This document shows, one piece after another, positions 8,632-11,685 of a DNA stretch of 11,685 nucleotides; position 1 is the first letter of the stretch; each line of letters begins with the position of its first letter. The DNA is from an uncultured Thermococci archaeon (GTDB taxonomy: Archaea > Methanobacteriota_B > Thermococci > Thermococcales > Thermococcaceae), in NCBI GenBank assembly GCA_964487115.1, contig CAZAPD010000080.1, forward strand, positions 1-11,685, in the 5' to 3' direction. Both the position numbers and the translations under genes were made by a program. Under the pieces are notes generated by a model that saw only the letters and a list, made by a program, of their open reading frames with translations, had not been told where the DNA came from and searched no databases.

Positions 8632-11600
8632 ATGAAGAAAATAAAGGCAGTTGTTTTCTTCCTCACTCTTTTAATGTTTGGAAGTCTTGTTGGAGTGTAT
8701 GGATATGCAAAGGCAGATGAAGCAAAACCCCTTAACGTTGTCATAGTATGGCACATGCATCAGCCATTTTATTATGACCCCATAAATGACCAGTTCGTTC
8801 TTCCATGGGTACGGTTACATGCGGCCCGGGATTACTGGATGATGCCGGCTATACTTAACAAGTACCCGGATGTCCATGCTACAATCGATCTCTCTGGCTC
8901 CCTGATTCAGCAGATAGTTATGTACATGGAGGGCAAAATGGATTTAAGAGAGGAGATAACGGAGAAGATAGCAGATGGAGAAGCCCTGACAGCGGATGAA
9001 AAGTGGCTCATGCTCCAAGCTCCCGGCGGCTTCTTTGACAATACAATACCATGGAATGGGGAGCCTGTCATGGATAAAAATGGAAACCCTGTGAGGAAAA
9101 CATGGGCCCGGTATAAAGAGCTAACCGATAAGAGGAATGCTCTCTTTGCCAAGTATGGAAATTTACCCCTCGAAGAGCAGAAAGAGAAAATAACCAGTGG
9201 ATTCACCGAGCAGGATTACATAGATTTAGCTGTTCTATTTAATCTCGCTTGGCTGAACCATGAGTACATAATTGAGCATCCCAAACTCAAGGCTCTGTAT
9301 GAAAAGGTGAACTCGGGAGGCTATACGAGAGAAGATGTTAGGACAGTTTTGGATGCTCAGAAATGGCTTCTTACTCATGTTTTTGAAGAGTATGAAAAAG
9401 TTAACTACCTACTTGGTAACGGAAATGTTGAGGTAACTGTAGTCCCCTACGCTCATCCCATAGGACCAATACTCAACGACCTTGGCTGGGAAAATGACTT
9501 TAGGGAACAGGTTCAGAAAGCAAATGGCTTGTATAAAAAGTATCTCGGAAATGGGACGGTAACTCCAAAGGGTGGATGGGCTGCGGAGTGTGCTCTTAAT
9601 GATGAAACCCTCAGAATCCTCGCTGAGAATGGATGGAAATGGGTCATATCCGATCAGCTCGTTCTCCAGAAGATGGGAATTCCCAGCAGTATTTCAAACT
9701 ACTACAAGCCGTGGGTTGCCGAATTTGGTGGAAAGAAAATATACATCTTTCCGCGTGATCACGTTTTAAGTGATAAGGTAGGTTTCAACTATGCTGGAAT
9801 GAATCAGAAACAGGCGGTTGAAGATTTCGTAAGAGATCTGCTCAAAGTGCAGAAGGAGAATCAGGATGGATCTCTTGTTTATGTTGTAGCCCTCGACGGT
9901 GAAAATCCGTGGGAGAACTACCCCTACACTGGAAGTGCCTTCTTAAACATGCTTTATCAGAAACTTGAAGAACTCCAGAAAGAAGGCCTTATAAGGACAG
10001 TAACTCCCAGCGAATATATAAAACTCTATGGCGATAAAGCAAACGTTTTAGCACCAAAAAACATGAAATACCTCGATCTTCAGAATAACACTGTTGCTCT
10101 CCTCAAAGCTACAAGTTTAGGCGAGCTCTATGATCTTGCAGGAAAAACCGAAAAGCACCTATGGCCGGAATCGAGCTGGATAGATGGAACCCTGTCCACA
10201 TGGATAGGAGAAAGACAGGAAAACCTTGGATGGTACTGGCTCTACTTAGCGAGGAAAGATCTGTTCGACCACAAAGCACAGATGAACCCTGAGAAATGGA
10301 AGGAGGCATATGAGTATCTCCTCCGTGCAGAGGGGAGTGATTGGTTCTGGTGGTACGGCAAGGATCAGGACAGCGGTTTTGATCAGGGATTTGGAAGACT
10401 CTTCAAGGATTACCTATATGAAATGTATAAGCTTGCAGGGCTGAAACCCCCAAGCTATCTTTATGGGAACTACTTCCCTGATGGGGAACCTTATGTCATT
10501 CGAGATTTGGTTGGTCTTAAAAAAGGAGAGACAAAGGAGTGGTCAAGTCTTTCAACCCAAGTCAAGAGCATTGGACTTTACTTTGATGGGGAAGGTCTTC
10601 ATTTCATAGTGAAGGGCAATCTCACCCAGTTCGAAATCAGTATCTGGAATCCAAAACGCTTCATTGGGAATACATTCACCCTGCTTCAGGGGAAGCCCAG
10701 TGAGTTTTCATACTCTCATTATCCTTACAGCGAGGACAGTGTTGGACTCATGATAACAACCCATGTGGTCTACAGGAATGGAGATGTTCTGATTTACAAC
10801 GCTACCGGCTATGATGGTTATAAATCCATAGGAAACGGCACTTCAAAGAGAACCTCAAATGGCATTGAGATAACAGTGCCATTTAAATTCATTGAAAATC
10901 CCTCCGATATCTACTTCGCGGTATCAACCATAAAGAAAGGACAGCTTGATATCATAACAACTCCCATACAGGTCAAGTTGCCCACACAAGTCAAAGGGGT
11001 TGTCATTGCGGATATAAGAGATCCAGAGGGTGATGATTATGGTCCGGGGACTTACACGTATCCGAAGGATAAGGTATTCAGCAAAGGAGACTTTGACTTG
11101 CTCCGTTTCAGGATGCTTGAACAGACAAACTATTACGTAATGGAATTTTACTTCAAGGTTCTTGGTGACAATCCATGGAATGCTCCTTATGGTTTCAGCT
11201 TGCAGATTATAGAAGTATACCTTGATTTCAAGAAAGGTGGTAATACTTCGGCTATTAAAATGTTCCCCAACGGTCCAGGCTCAAATGTGCAACTTGACCC
11301 CAATCATCCATGGGATCTGGCTTTAAGAATCGCGGGCTGGGACTATGGGAACATTATTCTGATACCGGGTCAGAAGCCGATTCAGGGTGAGATGAAAATT
11401 TCAGCTGATCCAACAAAGAACGCTATAATAGTGGAACTCCCAAAGAAGTATCTTAGCATAGACAAGGAGTATGGACTTTATGGAGCGGTTTTAGTGGGTT
11501 CACAGGATGGCTATGGACCTGACAAATGGAGGACTGTGGCTGTTAAGGCTGAGCAGTGGAAGGGTGGTGGGGCTGATACTCAGGCGGTTATTGCTGGTGT

Positions 11601-11685
11601 TGCGCCGAGGGTTTATGATTTACTTGTTCCGGAGGGGTTCAAGCCGACTCAGGAAGAGCAGTTGAAGAGTTATGATGCAAAAGCA
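8632..11685 (+). CDS. apu: Secreted GH57 amylopullulanase (type II pullulanase), truncated by window end (>=1018 aa)
   Basis: Not in ORF track because it has no stop. Hand translation is open from ATG 8632 to the end. Signal peptide MKKIKAVVFFLTLLMFGSLVGVYGYAKA. GH57 regions WHMHQP, GNVEVT, GWAAE (nucleophile E319, 9586-9588), ALDGENPWE (acid/base D422, 9895-9897) and AEGSDWFWW. C-terminal DOMON-like/glucodextranase-C (SLD) domain from DPEGDDYGPGTYTYP. SD GAGGTGG overlaps the mdxG stop. Confidence 0.95.
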   Translation, partial: MKKIKAVVFFLTLLMFGSLVGVYGYAKADEAKPLNVVIVWHMHQPFYYDPINDQFVLPWVRLHAARDYWMMPAILNKYPDVHATIDLSGSLIQQIVMYMEGKMDLREEITEKIADGEALTADEKWLMLQAPGGFFDNTIPWNGEPVMDKNGNPVRKTWARYKELTDKRNALFAKYGNLPLEEQKEKITSGFTEQDYIDLAVLFNLAWLNHEYIIEHPKLKALYEKVNSGGYTREDVRTVLDAQKWLLTHVFEEYEKVNYLLGNGNVEVTVVPYAHPIGPILNDLGWENDFREQVQKANGLYKKYLGNGTVTPKGGWAAECALNDETLRILAENGWKWVISDQLVLQKMGIPSSISNYYKPWVAEFGGKKIYIFPRDHVLSDKVGFNYAGMNQKQAVEDFVRDLLKVQKENQDGSLVYVVALDGENPWENYPYTGSAFLNMLYQKLEELQKEGLIRTVTPSEYIKLYGDKANVLAPKNMKYLDLQNNTVALLKATSLGELYDLAGKTEKHLWPESSWIDGTLSTWIGERQENLGWYWLYLARKDLFDHKAQMNPEKWKEAYEYLLRAEGSDWFWWYGKDQDSGFDQGFGRLFKDYLYEMYKLAGLKPPSYLYGNYFPDGEPYVIRDLVGLKKGETKEWSSLSTQVKSIGLYFDGEGLHFIVKGNLTQFEISIWNPKRFIGNTFTLLQGKPSEFSYSHYPYSEDSVGLMITTHVVYRNGDVLIYNATGYDGYKSIGNGTSKRTSNGIEITVPFKFIENPSDIYFAVSTIKKGQLDIITTPIQVKLPTQVKGVVIADIRDPEGDDYGPGTYTYPKDKVFSKGDFDLLRFRMLEQTNYYVMEFYFKVLGDNPWNAPYGFSLQIIEVYLDFKKGGNTSAIKMFPNGPGSNVQLDPNHPWDLALRIAGWDYGNIILIPGQKPIQGEMKISADPTKNAIIVELPKKYLSIDKEYGLYGAVLVGSQDGYGPDKWRTVAVKAEQWKGGGADTQAVIAGVAPRVYDLLVPEGFKPTQEEQLKSYDAKA

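Noticed and set aside
8632..11685. Apparent 3-kb ORF-poor region (possible pseudogene or non-coding element) and its three small ORFs
   Set aside because: Artefact of the ORF caller requiring a stop codon. The frame from 8632 is uninterrupted and encodes the amylopullulanase, with no frameshift or intein seen.

Overview
This is a Thermococcales (Thermococcus/Pyrococcus-like) chromosomal region carrying the conserved starch/maltodextrin locus. In order it holds the 5' end of a radical-SAM gene (minus, truncated), rnp2 (RNase P Pop5 subunit), a minus-strand pair encoding the TrmBL1/Tgr regulator and glycogen synthase, a divergent GH13 cyclomaltodextrinase/maltogenic amylase, a maltodextrin ABC transporter (mdxE/F/G), and a secreted GH57 amylopullulanase that runs off the 3' end. 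The radical-SAM gene and the amylopullulanase are missing from the ORF track; I translated both by hand, and the amylopullulanase frame has 1018 codons without a stop. TGM (TrmBL1 operator) sites are visible at the mdxE promoter and, degenerately, at the trmBL1/CDase divergent promoter. The gene order matches my recollection of T. kodakarensis TK1766-TK1774. I found no mobile element, CRISPR array, RNA gene or clearly new system. The most unusual signal is a set of patches with extreme G/T third-position bias in the amylopullulanase C-terminal domain. Lesser points are a divergent GH57 motif set, a shortened loop in the CDase, a large insertion in MdxG and compact bidirectional promoters.
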